From Candidatus Tectimicrobiota bacterium (lineage in GTDB: Bacteria > UBA8248), in NCBI GenBank assembly GCA_016192135.1, contig JACPUR010000013.1:204277-268276 (forward strand): a DNA stretch of 64,000 nucleotides, written 5' to 3'. This document shows, piece after piece, positions 38,563 through 47,356 of the stretch. Position 1 is the stretch's first letter. Each line of letters begins with the position of its first letter. Both the position numbers and the translations under genes were made by a program. The notes beneath the pieces were generated by a model. That model saw nothing but the letters and a program-made list of their open reading frames with translations. It had not been told where the DNA came from and searched no databases.

Positions 38563-40407
38563 TCAAGACGCGGCCATGGCGCGGCGCCTGGCCGCGGTAG
38601 CCTCTCGATCCACCTGGCCGGTCCCGTCCAGGATCACCCCATACACCTCCGCCGCCCGTCCGCGCGAGACCCAGCGTTCCTCCACGTCATAGCGGACCTT
38701 CTCGGCCGGACGCTCCCAGGGCGGGCCGTACCCTCCGCCGCCCGTGCAGTAGGAGGCCACCGTCTCGCCCGGCTCCAGGATGATGTCGGCGCAGGCAGGC
38801 AGCTCCACCAGTTCTCCGCTCCTTTTCCGGCGGTAGTTCCGGGAGGGGACGCCGTCCAGCCCCCCCCGCGTCCCCTGGGCCGGGTGGATGGCGCCGTCCG
38901 AGACGTACGCCACCTCGAGCTTCCCGCCCCCCACGGGGCCGTACTCGGCGAAGCCCGAAGGCGCCCCAACCGTGCGGCCCGCGCCCTCGGTGTCGATCAG
39001 GAGGCGGCGCGTCTTGATCAGGATGGGAAAGTGGAGCTCGTCCAGCTCCACGCTGTCCACGAAGCACATCCCCGAGTTGCCGGCGTGGAGGATGGTCAGC
39101 CAGGCGTCGGTCTTGCCCGCCCCCGCGCCCCCCGTGACCATCAGGAAGAGGTGGTTCACGAAGGGCTCGTTGTTGTTGCGGGGATCGAAGCCCGACACGA
39201 CCCCCATCGAGGCGGGGAAAATGGCCCCGCACTCGGCCAGGCCGATCCCGTCCTGGATCTGGGAGAAAGCGCGCTGGACGGGATTCGTCACCCGGTCGGC
39301 CAGGTTCGTCGTGGCCACGGACATGCTGGTGGGGTGCCTCCCGCCCCCGGCGATCGAGCCTTCCCGGATGTGGACCCGGATGCGCCGGAAGCTCCCCGAG
39401 TTCGTGGGCACGATGTCGTCGATGCTGTTGAAGATGCCGATCATGGCCCCGGTCCGGGCGCAGGCCTCGGAGAGATTCAGGCCGCAGGGCATGGCGTCCG
39501 GGTTGTCGCGCAGGTCCACCTCGATCATGGCCTTCTCGCTGTCCACGCGCACCTTCACCTTGATCGGGACGCCCTCGGGCGGGGTGCCCGGCACCGCGTC
39601 GTGGATGCTCACCGCTTCGGAGTAGCCTGTGGGGAGCTTCCGGATCGCGGAAATCATGATCTTCTCGCTGTAGTCAAACCACTCCTGGGTGAAGGCGTGC
39701 AGCATCTCCCAGCCGTACTCCCGGCCCATCGCCAGCACCTCGCGCTCCCCGATGCGCGCCGCGCCGATCATGGCGAGGTAGTCGCCGTGCCACTGATTGG
39801 GGACGCGGATGCGCATCCGGCAAAGGCGGACGATGTCTTCGATGTCGCGGTAGTCCTCCTGCACCTTGGTGGGAGGAAAGATGAGGGCGCCTTCCTCGTA
39901 AACGTCCCGCGCGTGGCCCATGTAGGTGGTCGGCTGGCCGTTGCCGCAGTCGGCCTGGTGGGCCTTCACCCACACCGTGAAGTGATGGGCGCCGCGTTCG
40001 TCGATGACGGGGACCAAGATGGTGTGGTCCGCCGGATGGGAGCAGCCGTGATAGGGAGAGTTATGCAGGAAGGCGTCTCCCCGCTTGAGGTTCGGGTGGA
40101 GCTCCATCATCGAGCGGGCCATGAGGTCCGCCCCGCTCAAGTGGTGGATGGGGAGCGACTCGGCCCCGGTCAAAAGCTCGCAATCCCGGGTGACGACGCT
40201 GGTCGAAAAGTCCCGCGCCAGGTTCAGCACCCCGGAGCGGCCCGTGCGCAGGAGGGTGTTGGCCATCTTGGTGGTGACGGCCTCGAAGCGCTTGCTCAGG
40301 ACGGCCAGGGTGACGGGGTCGAGCCGGGCCTGCTTTTTTCCCCGGGGCGGCGCCTTTCTCGGGGAGCCCGGCCCAGTCCCCCGGCTTCTCCCTGCGGCTC
40401 TGGCCAT
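38563..40407 (-). CDS. hyuB: Hydantoinase B / oxoprolinase family protein
   Basis: Start at MARAAG...DPVTLAVLSKRFEAV, preceded by an AAGGAGGAAG RBS (plus-strand CAT at 40405-40407). The track ORF extends 107 codons upstream to 40728. Confidence 0.85.
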   Translation of the reverse strand: MARAAGRSRGTGPGSPRKAPPRGKKQARLDPVTLAVLSKRFEAVTTKMANTLLRTGRSGVLNLARDFSTSVVTRDCELLTGAESLPIHHLSGADLMARSMMELHPNLKRGDAFLHNSPYHGCSHPADHTILVPVIDERGAHHFTVWVKAHQADCGNGQPTTYMGHARDVYEEGALIFPPTKVQEDYRDIEDIVRLCRMRIRVPNQWHGDYLAMIGAARIGEREVLAMGREYGWEMLHAFTQEWFDYSEKIMISAIRKLPTGYSEAVSIHDAVPGTPPEGVPIKVKVRVDSEKAMIEVDLRDNPDAMPCGLNLSEACARTGAMIGIFNSIDDIVPTNSGSFRRIRVHIREGSIAGGGRHPTSMSVATTNLADRVTNPVQRAFSQIQDGIGLAECGAIFPASMGVVSGFDPRNNNEPFVNHLFLMVTGGAGAGKTDAWLTILHAGNSGMCFVDSVELDELHFPILIKTRRLLIDTEGAGRTVGAPSGFAEYGPVGGGKLEVAYVSDGAIHPAQGTRGGLDGVPSRNYRRKRSGELVELPACADIILEPGETVASYCTGGGGYGPPWERPAEKVRYDVEERWVSRGRAAEVYGVILDGTGQVDREATAARRRAMAAS

Positions 40408-40463
40408 CCTCTTCCTCCTTTGAGGCTCGGCGCCCTCATCCCAGGGGCCGCCGACGGAACCGA

Positions 40464-40576
40464 GGTGAAATTTTTTTTGCCTATAACACCGGTGAATATC
40501 GGTGAAAATCCTTTGAAAATGGACCCTATTTGCCCTCTCAGGCTCCTCCAGGCCAGCCGAAATATCGTGAAATATC
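40464..40576 (-). promoter_or_regulatory. Array of GTGAAA(t/a)ATC-like direct repeats in the AT-richer hyuA-hyuB spacer (candidate operator and promoter for hyuB)
   Basis: Plus-strand copies: ggtgaaatttt (40464), ggtgaatatc (40491), ggtgaaaatc (40501), cgaaatatc (40558), gtgaaatatc (40567). Pairs are spaced 9-10 bp apart. Confidence 0.3.
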
Positions 40577-40746
40577 CCGGAATTTACCGAACAATCCTTC
40601 CTCGCATCCCGGGCGGCGGCCCTGTTCCTCTGGGCCAGAAGCGGCGGCGCCGGCAGCCGCTCCCATCGGGAAAGATACGCCCTACCCGCCCCCGGCCACC
40701 TACCGCAATTTCGCCCACCTTCCGGCACGGGCCGCTTTTTCGCTCC

Positions 40747-42810
40747 CTAGGGGCGGATCACCAAGTTCCCCGCCCGATTCCGGTGGGCCGACGCCCCCGG
40801 TTCGATGACCACTGTGGTGAAGGGGGACTCGATGACGGCGGGCCCCCGCACCGGGGCGTCCACCTTCAGGCTCCCGAAGAGCGCCACGCGGGTCTTCTGG
40901 CGGCGGCCGTCGAAGTAGGCCATCCGCGAGGGGGCGAGCTCCTTCTCGTAGAGCCCCTCGCGGGCGAGGCGGCCGAGCTGGCCCTTGCGGAGCCGGCACC
41001 GGGCTGCCGCGCGCCAGCCCACGAACTCCACCTCGGACCCGGGGTCCCGGAAGGCGAAGATCTCCTCATGGATGCCGTCGAAGGCCTCGCGCGCCCGCTG
41101 GATGTCCTTCGGCGACTTGAACCGCCCTTTCTCCAGCGGGACATCAATCTCCCAGATCTGGTGCCGGTAGCGGGCCTCGGCGTAGAAATCGATCGCGTGA
41201 TCCACCGCGCCCCGGCCGGGGCCCTTGATGAACGCCCGGCACTTTTCCTCCAGGGAGCGCAGCGCCGCGTTCACGCCCTCGAAGTCGAACTTGCCGGTGA
41301 CCGTATAGAACAAGGAGCGGTAATCCGCCTGCAGGTCGGACATGAGGGCGCCCGCGGCCGATAGCGCGGCCCCGAGGTGAGGGATGATCACCTGCCTGCA
41401 GCCCAGGCGCCGGGCGATGGCCACGGAATTGAGCCCGGCGGCGCCGCCCCCTCCTATCAGGACCGCCTCCCGGGGATCGATCCCCTGGTGGATGGTGATC
41501 TGCTCGATGGCCCCGACCATGTTCTCGGTGGCGAGCCGCAGGATGGCGTCCGCCGCCTTCTCCAGCGAGAGCCTGAGCGGCCGGGCCACGTGCGCCTCGA
41601 TGGCCCTGGCCGCGAGCCCCGCATCGAGCTGCATCGTCCCGCCCAGGAAGAAGAAGGGATCGATGTGGCCCAGGACGAGCGAGGCGTCCGTCACCGTGGG
41701 CAGCTCTCCCCCCTTCCCGTAGCAGGCCGGCCCCGGCACCGCCCCGGCGCTCTGGGGGCCGACATGGAGGAGCCCGCCCTCGTCCACCCAAGCGATGCTC
41801 CCTCCTCCCGCCCCAATGCTCTTCACGTCCACCGAGGGGAAGCCCAGGATGTGGCCCCGGTAGCGCTGGCCCAGCCAGGTCTCGGGCGTCATGGGGATCA
41901 CCCCCCGCCTCACCAGGCTCACGTCGTAGGTGGTGCCGCCGGTATCCGCCACGATGGCCGTCTCGGCCCGGGCGTCGAGCCGCGCGAAATGGCGCCCGGC
42001 GATGGGGGCCATCGAGGGGCCCGAACCCACGGAGTGGATGGGCGCCTTGGCCAGCTCGCCGGCGTCCATCACGCCGCCCTTGGAGGTCAGCATGAGGAGG
42101 CGGCCGCGGAAGCCCTTTTCCCGGAGCCTCTCCTCGAGGCCGCCGATGTAGCGGGACATGAGAGGCTTCAGGGAGGCGTCGATGCAGGCGGAGGAAGCCC
42201 GCCGGTACTCCCGGAGCATGGGGTTGAGCGCATGGGAGAGGGTGTGGGGGACTTCCGGAAGACGCTCGCCCAGGAGTTCCCCTATCCGGACCTCGTGCGC
42301 CGGATTGACGGTGGACCAGAGCAGGCACACCGCCACCGCTTCCACCTCGATCTCCCGCAGCCGGGAGATGATGGAAACCACCTCCTTCTCGTCCAGAGGC
42401 TCGTGCACCGTTCCATCCGCCCCGATGCGCTCGGGCACCTCGAAGGTGAGGGCGCGGGGGATGTAGGGCTTCGGGAATGGAACGAGGAAGTTGAAAGGCT
42501 CGAGCCTGCCCCCCTCCCGGAGCACCAGGATATCGGGGTGTCCCTTCGTGGTGAGGAAGGCCGTCTTTGCGGTGCTTCCGGTGACGATGGCGTTCGTGGC
42601 GTGGGTGGTGCCGTGGATGAACAGCTCGCCGGCGTCGAGAAGCTCCTCGACGGTCGTGGAGAAGGACTCGGCGGCAGCGGCCACGGCGGCCAGGATGCCC
42701 TCTGCCGGCTGGTGGGGGGTCGTCGGGGCCTTGAACATGTGGAGGGCGCCCGCGTCGTCTTCGAGCACCAGGTCGGTGAAGGTGCCGCCGGTGTCCACGG
42801 CAAACCGCAT
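40747..42810 (-). CDS. hyuA: Hydantoinase A / oxoprolinase family protein (ATP-dependent)
   Basis: 687 aa. N-terminus MRFAVDTGGTFTDLVL, the ASKHA/hydantoinase N-terminal pattern. Confidence 0.85.
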   Translation of the reverse strand: MRFAVDTGGTFTDLVLEDDAGALHMFKAPTTPHQPAEGILAAVAAAAESFSTTVEELLDAGELFIHGTTHATNAIVTGSTAKTAFLTTKGHPDILVLREGGRLEPFNFLVPFPKPYIPRALTFEVPERIGADGTVHEPLDEKEVVSIISRLREIEVEAVAVCLLWSTVNPAHEVRIGELLGERLPEVPHTLSHALNPMLREYRRASSACIDASLKPLMSRYIGGLEERLREKGFRGRLLMLTSKGGVMDAGELAKAPIHSVGSGPSMAPIAGRHFARLDARAETAIVADTGGTTYDVSLVRRGVIPMTPETWLGQRYRGHILGFPSVDVKSIGAGGGSIAWVDEGGLLHVGPQSAGAVPGPACYGKGGELPTVTDASLVLGHIDPFFFLGGTMQLDAGLAARAIEAHVARPLRLSLEKAADAILRLATENMVGAIEQITIHQGIDPREAVLIGGGGAAGLNSVAIARRLGCRQVIIPHLGAALSAAGALMSDLQADYRSLFYTVTGKFDFEGVNAALRSLEEKCRAFIKGPGRGAVDHAIDFYAEARYRHQIWEIDVPLEKGRFKSPKDIQRAREAFDGIHEEIFAFRDPGSEVEFVGWRAAARCRLRKGQLGRLAREGLYEKELAPSRMAYFDGRRQKTRVALFGSLKVDAPVRGPAVIESPFTTVVIEPGASAHRNRAGNLVIRP

Positions 42811-43313
42811 CGGGTCCCTCTCCCTCCAATTGGCCGCGACTCAAGGATGAATGTGAATGGCATCTTACCCGCAAACGCGGGAAAGATCACCATTCCCGGC
42901 CCCCAAACCCCAAGCCGGCCGCCGGCTCTCTTCTTCGCCTCATTCGGCGGATGCCGCCTGAAGGAGGCAACGGCCGGGGTATCGCCCTGCGACGGAGCAT
43001 CCGGCGGAAGAAATCCGGACAGCCGGTCCCGTTGAACTTCCCGGACGGCAAGCTGCCCCGCCATCACCTGACGCAGCCGGCGCTCAGCATCGCAACCGGA
43101 TGGACCGCCGCATCCCAGTGGGGAATCCGGCGCGATTCACTTGAACCTTCCACCCGGCCGCCAATGGGACAATCAGGCGAAGACGTTCATTTCACATGAG
43201 GGCGAATTCTCACAGAGCACAGGGGCGGGCCTGCGGCGATTCCCCGCCCGATTCCAAAAAAATCCGGGCGACATGCGCTTGAGGCAAGATACGTCACGCG
43301 CATCACCGCCATT

Positions 43314-43817
43314 TCAATTTCTCGCCATCTGCTGAAGAACATAGGGGATGAGCCCCCCGGACGCCAGCAGCTCCTGCATGAATGCGGGGATGGGCATGGC
43401 CTCGAAGACTTCCCCCGTGGCTTCGTTTTCGACCCGGCCGCCGTCCAGGTCTACCCTTAGGCGGCTGCCCGTGCGTATCGACCCGGCAGGATAGTCAGAC
43501 TCCAGGAGAGGAAGGCCCCGGTTGAAGGCATTGCGGTAGAATATCTGGCCGAAAGAGCGCGCAATCACGCAACTCACGCCCAGGGCCTTGATGGCGATGG
43601 GGGCATGCTCGCGGGAGCTGCCGCAGCCGAAGTTGTGACCCGCCACGATGATGTCGCCCGGCTGAATCTTCGAGGCGAGGGATGGGTCCAGGCCCTCGAA
43701 GCAATAGGGAGCCAAGCGGTGGGGGTCGAAGGTAATCAGATATTTGGCGGGGATGATCACATCCGTGTCGATATGCTCTCCGAGCACCCAGGCGCGCCCC
43801 GTCAGAACATTCGCCAC
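43314..43817 (-). CDS. Aconitase-family small subunit (LeuD-like swivel domain)
   Basis: Contains LTGRAWVLGEHIDTDVIIPAKYL. GTG start at 43817 with a GAGGGG RBS. An alternative GTG at 43832 overlaps the upstream stop (GTGA). Confidence 0.7.
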   Translation of the reverse strand: MANVLTGRAWVLGEHIDTDVIIPAKYLITFDPHRLAPYCFEGLDPSLASKIQPGDIIVAGHNFGCGSSREHAPIAIKALGVSCVIARSFGQIFYRNAFNRGLPLLESDYPAGSIRTGSRLRVDLDGGRVENEATGEVFEAMPIPAFMQELLASGGLIPYVLQQMARN

Positions 43818-43828
43818 GCCCGCGCCCC

Positions 43829-45088
43829 TCACAGCTCGTCCGGCGAGCCGAGCCGACCCAGCACCGCGGTCGCGGCGGCGACGGAAGGATTCACGAGATA
43901 GATCTCGGCCTTCGCCGAACCCTGGCGGCCGACAAAGTTCCGGTTTGAGGTGGAAACCGAACGCATCCCGTCGGCCAGTACCCCCATATGCGCTCCGATG
44001 CAGGGGCCGCAAGTGGGGGGGCTGAAGATTCCTCCCGCGTCCAGGATGATTTCGGCAATCCCTTCCCGCAGGCACTGGCGGTAAATCTGGGTGGTGCTGG
44101 GAATGACGATCAGCCGCACCCGCTTGGCGACCTTCCGGCCCTTCAGGATCTCCGCCGCGGCCCGCATGTCCGTCATCCAGCCGTTCGTGCAGGAGCCGAT
44201 GTAGACCTGATCCACGGCGACCCCGCCCACTTCCGACAGGAACTTCGTGTTGCTGGGAAGGTGCGGCATGGCGACCACAGGCTCAAGGCCGGAGACGTCC
44301 AGCTCATGGAGGGCGGCGTAGTCGGCATCCGGGTCCCCGTAAACGGGAGTGAATGGGCGCCGGGCGCGGGGCCGGACGTATTCCAATGTCTTCTCGTCCG
44401 GCTCGATGATGCCGTTCGCCGCTCCCGCCTCGACCGCCATGTTCGGAAGGGCGAACCGCTCCTCCATGGGAAGCCGGGCGATCGCTTCTCCAGCGAATTC
44501 CATGGCTTTCCCCTGGGCGCCGTCCACGCCGAATTTCCCGATCGTAAAGAGGATGAGGTCCTTGCCGGTCACCCACCGGGGAAGTTCGCCCTTGTAAATG
44601 TAGCGGATGGTTTCGGGCACGCGGAGCCACGTGCGGCCCGTGATGAGAATGGCCGCAATGTCCGTGCTGCCCATGCCGGTGGCGAAAGCGCCGACGCCGC
44701 CCCCCGTGCAGGCGTGGGAGTTGCCCCCGGCGAGAAGCTCGCCGGGAAGCACCAGACCCTCTTCCACGGCCAGGCAATTGTGGATGCCGGCGTTTCCCCC
44801 CTCGTAGAAGCGCTCGACCCCCATGCGCTCGCAGAACTCGCGCATCTTGCCGATGGTGTTGGCCACCTCGATGCTCTTGCTCGGCGCGTTCACCATCGCC
44901 GAGACGAAGAAGCGGTCCGGGTCGAATATCCTCCGGACGCCGTGCTCCTCCAGGATCTGAAAGGTGATGGGCCCTCCCAGATCGTCCGCGTAAGTCTGGT
45001 CGACGCGGACGGAAAGCGTCTCCATGGGGCGTACCCGGTCGCGGTCCGCGCGGCCGGCCAGGATCTTCTCCGTGAGGGTCATGCCCAT
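43829..45088 (-). CDS. Aconitase-family large subunit, archaeal-type LeuC / homoaconitase-like
   Basis: Begins MGMTLTEKILAG. Contains GGNSHACTGGGVGAFATG, VYIGSCTNGW, TCGPCIGAH and SNRNFVGRQG, with three Cys cluster ligands. Confidence 0.8.
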   Translation of the reverse strand: MGMTLTEKILAGRADRDRVRPMETLSVRVDQTYADDLGGPITFQILEEHGVRRIFDPDRFFVSAMVNAPSKSIEVANTIGKMREFCERMGVERFYEGGNAGIHNCLAVEEGLVLPGELLAGGNSHACTGGGVGAFATGMGSTDIAAILITGRTWLRVPETIRYIYKGELPRWVTGKDLILFTIGKFGVDGAQGKAMEFAGEAIARLPMEERFALPNMAVEAGAANGIIEPDEKTLEYVRPRARRPFTPVYGDPDADYAALHELDVSGLEPVVAMPHLPSNTKFLSEVGGVAVDQVYIGSCTNGWMTDMRAAAEILKGRKVAKRVRLIVIPSTTQIYRQCLREGIAEIILDAGGIFSPPTCGPCIGAHMGVLADGMRSVSTSNRNFVGRQGSAKAEIYLVNPSVAAATAVLGRLGSPDEL

Positions 45089-45133
45089 CGGCGACTCCAC
45101 CCGCCGCATCCGCGGCGAGGATGCGGCCCCCGG

Positions 45134-46237
45134 CTACGCGGGGCCGTTTTCCTGAAGCAAGCTCACCCGCTCAGGAGGCACAAAGAGACTCACTGTGCTT
45201 TCAGGCTGATACCTGAGCCAGGAGCCGTTTTCGATTACGGTGAGGGTTTCCTCCCCCATCTTGACGCGGTAGACGCTATGCGTGCCGAGGAAGTCCGCCT
45301 TGACCACCTCAGCGGGCCACACGTTTCGCCGCCCCCCCGCGGAGTTTCCGGCCGGCTCCAAAAAGATATTCTCGGGCCGCAGGCTGAGCTCCACTTCGCT
45401 CCCCGGCGCCGGCGCGCCCGGCGCGGCGCAACGCAACTCCATGCCTTCCGCCAGGCGGACCACTCCCTCGCCGTCTTTCACCCATTCGAGGCGGCCCCGA
45501 AGAAAATTCGTGGCGCCGGTGAACTCCGCCACGAAGCGGTTGGACGGCCGGTTGTAGAGGGAAACCGGGTCGGCCAGCTGCATGATGCGGCCGGCGTTCA
45601 TGACCGCGATGCGGTCGCCCAGCACCACGGCCTCGGCCTGATCGTGCGTCACATAGAGGGCCGTGACGCCCGTCTTCCGCTGTATCTCCTTGAGCTCGAA
45701 CCGAAGACTCGCCCGGAGCTTGGCGTCGAGATTGGAGAGAGGCTCGTCCAGAAGAAGGATCCCCGGCTCGTTCGCCAGGCTCCGGGCAAGGGCCACCCGC
45801 TGCATCTGCCCGCCGCTCAGGGCCGTCGCCGGGCGCTCTTCCATGCCGGAGAGACCCACGAGAGCCAGCTTCTCCTTCACCTTCCGGCGGATCCCCTCCC
45901 GGGGATGGCGCTTCACGACGAGGCCGTAGGCCACGTTCTCGAAAACCGTCATGTGGGGCCAGATGGCATAAGACTGGAAGACCATCCCCAGGTTCCGCCG
46001 CTCGGGCGGGACCATGATGCCTTGCGCCGCATCCGTCATGGGAGCGCCGCCGATCAGGATGCGGCCCGCATCGGGTTCCTCGAACCCCGCCACGCAGCGA
46101 AGGGTCGTGGTCTTGCCGCAGCCGCTCGGGCCGAGCAGGACGAGGAATTCCCCTTGGGAGACCCTGAAGCTCACGCCGTCAACGGCGAGGACGGCCTCGC
46201 CGAAACGCTTTCTCAGCCCTTCGATGGCAAGTTCCAT
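45134..46237 (-). CDS. ABC ATP-binding protein with C-terminal TOBE-like domain (PotA/FbpC/MalK type)
   Basis: Walker A GPSGCGKTT, signature LSGGQMQRVALAR, Walker B LLLDEP. Confidence 0.85.
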   Translation of the reverse strand: MELAIEGLRKRFGEAVLAVDGVSFRVSQGEFLVLLGPSGCGKTTTLRCVAGFEEPDAGRILIGGAPMTDAAQGIMVPPERRNLGMVFQSYAIWPHMTVFENVAYGLVVKRHPREGIRRKVKEKLALVGLSGMEERPATALSGGQMQRVALARSLANEPGILLLDEPLSNLDAKLRASLRFELKEIQRKTGVTALYVTHDQAEAVVLGDRIAVMNAGRIMQLADPVSLYNRPSNRFVAEFTGATNFLRGRLEWVKDGEGVVRLAEGMELRCAAPGAPAPGSEVELSLRPENIFLEPAGNSAGGRRNVWPAEVVKADFLGTHSVYRVKMGEETLTVIENGSWLRYQPESTVSLFVPPERVSLLQENGPA

Positions 46238-46267
46238 GTCAGGCGGGCCGCCTCATTCGCTTCGCTC

Positions 46268-47329
46268 CTACGGCTTGTAGCCGAAGATTTGGTTCCAGCG
46301 CTTGGTATAGGGAGCGCGCAGCTTGACGTAGTCGTCCTCCTTGGCCGACCAAATCTTCACCTTCTTCGGCGCCGTCGCGGGCGGGTCGATGTCGGTGCGG
46401 GCGGAGAGGCCTCCGACCTGCTTCGTCCAGACCTCCTGTCCCTCGCGCGAGAGGGTCCAGTTCTGCCAAAGCTTCGCGCCGTTGGGATTCTTGCCCACGG
46501 TGGTGATGCCATTGTTGAAGAGGATCATGACCACGCCCTCTTCGGGATAAACGAACTTTACGGGGGCGCCCTTCTTGATGTCGGCCACGGAGACCACGTC
46601 CAGGGCCACGGCCGCGGGCGTCTCGCCGTTGATGAGGGTCTTGCCGATGCCGCCGGCGCTCGTGAAGAAGCGCGGCTTCTGCGCGGCGAGCTTTTGCCAG
46701 TAGCTGTCGCTGTTGTTGCCGAGGACCTGGTACTGGAACAGCGCCGTCATCCAAGGGGTGCCGCCCAATTCCGCCGGAACGAGCCCCAGCTGCCCCTTGA
46801 AGCGCGGATGGACCAAATCCATCCAGTTCTTGGGCGGATCCTTCACCAGGACGGGATTGTAGGCGATGAGATAGAGATAGGGATAAGTGGGGTAGACCTC
46901 GCCGGCGATCTTGGTGTCCGCGGGATATTTGGCGTCCGTGGGCGGGGTGTGCTTGCCGATGATCCCCGCCTTCATCTCCGCGCGCATGAGCCCGCGGTCG
47001 GACATCTCGATCACGTCGGCCACGAGTTTTCCGGCCGAGTGCTCGGTCAAGATCTTCCGGTGGAGCGCGCCTCCGCCCAGCCGGACGACGTCCACCCTGA
47101 CTCCGGGAAACCGCTTGCCGAAATTCGTCTCCATGATCTTGGTGAGGGAAAGGATGTTCGCGGTGTAGACCACGACCTTGCCCTCTTTCTTGGCGTCGCG
47201 GATGAGCGCCTCCCCGCCGAATTCCTCAACCGGCGAAGCGGCGAATGCCGGGCCGCCCATGAACGCCGCGATCACTCCCAGAACGACAAGCCATCCATTC
47301 ATCCGGGTCATTTTTGTGCCCTCCTTCAC
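46268..47329 (-). CDS. ABC substrate-binding protein, family 1 (Fe(III)/polyamine type)
   Basis: 353 aa. Signal peptide MTRMNGWLVVLGVIAAFMGGPAFA. Confidence 0.8.
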   Translation of the reverse strand: MKEGTKMTRMNGWLVVLGVIAAFMGGPAFAASPVEEFGGEALIRDAKKEGKVVVYTANILSLTKIMETNFGKRFPGVRVDVVRLGGGALHRKILTEHSAGKLVADVIEMSDRGLMRAEMKAGIIGKHTPPTDAKYPADTKIAGEVYPTYPYLYLIAYNPVLVKDPPKNWMDLVHPRFKGQLGLVPAELGGTPWMTALFQYQVLGNNSDSYWQKLAAQKPRFFTSAGGIGKTLINGETPAAVALDVVSVADIKKGAPVKFVYPEEGVVMILFNNGITTVGKNPNGAKLWQNWTLSREGQEVWTKQVGGLSARTDIDPPATAPKKVKIWSAKEDDYVKLRAPYTKRWNQIFGYKP

Positions 47330-47356
47330 CTTTGGACGAGCCTTCCTCTGCGCCGG

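Noticed and set aside
37945-41364. 1139-aa plus-strand ORF
   Set aside because: It runs antisense across the SDR, hyuB and hyuA genes. The composition is low-complexity Gly/Arg/Ala/His with no family resemblance. It is a GC-rich stop-codon-free shadow frame.
43223-43262. GGGCGGG-N13-CCCGCCC hairpin followed by A7 (candidate terminator downstream of the leuD-like gene)
   Set aside because: On the relevant minus-strand transcript the U-run precedes rather than follows the stem. On the plus strand it is followed by A, not U. So it is not a canonical intrinsic terminator in either orientation.
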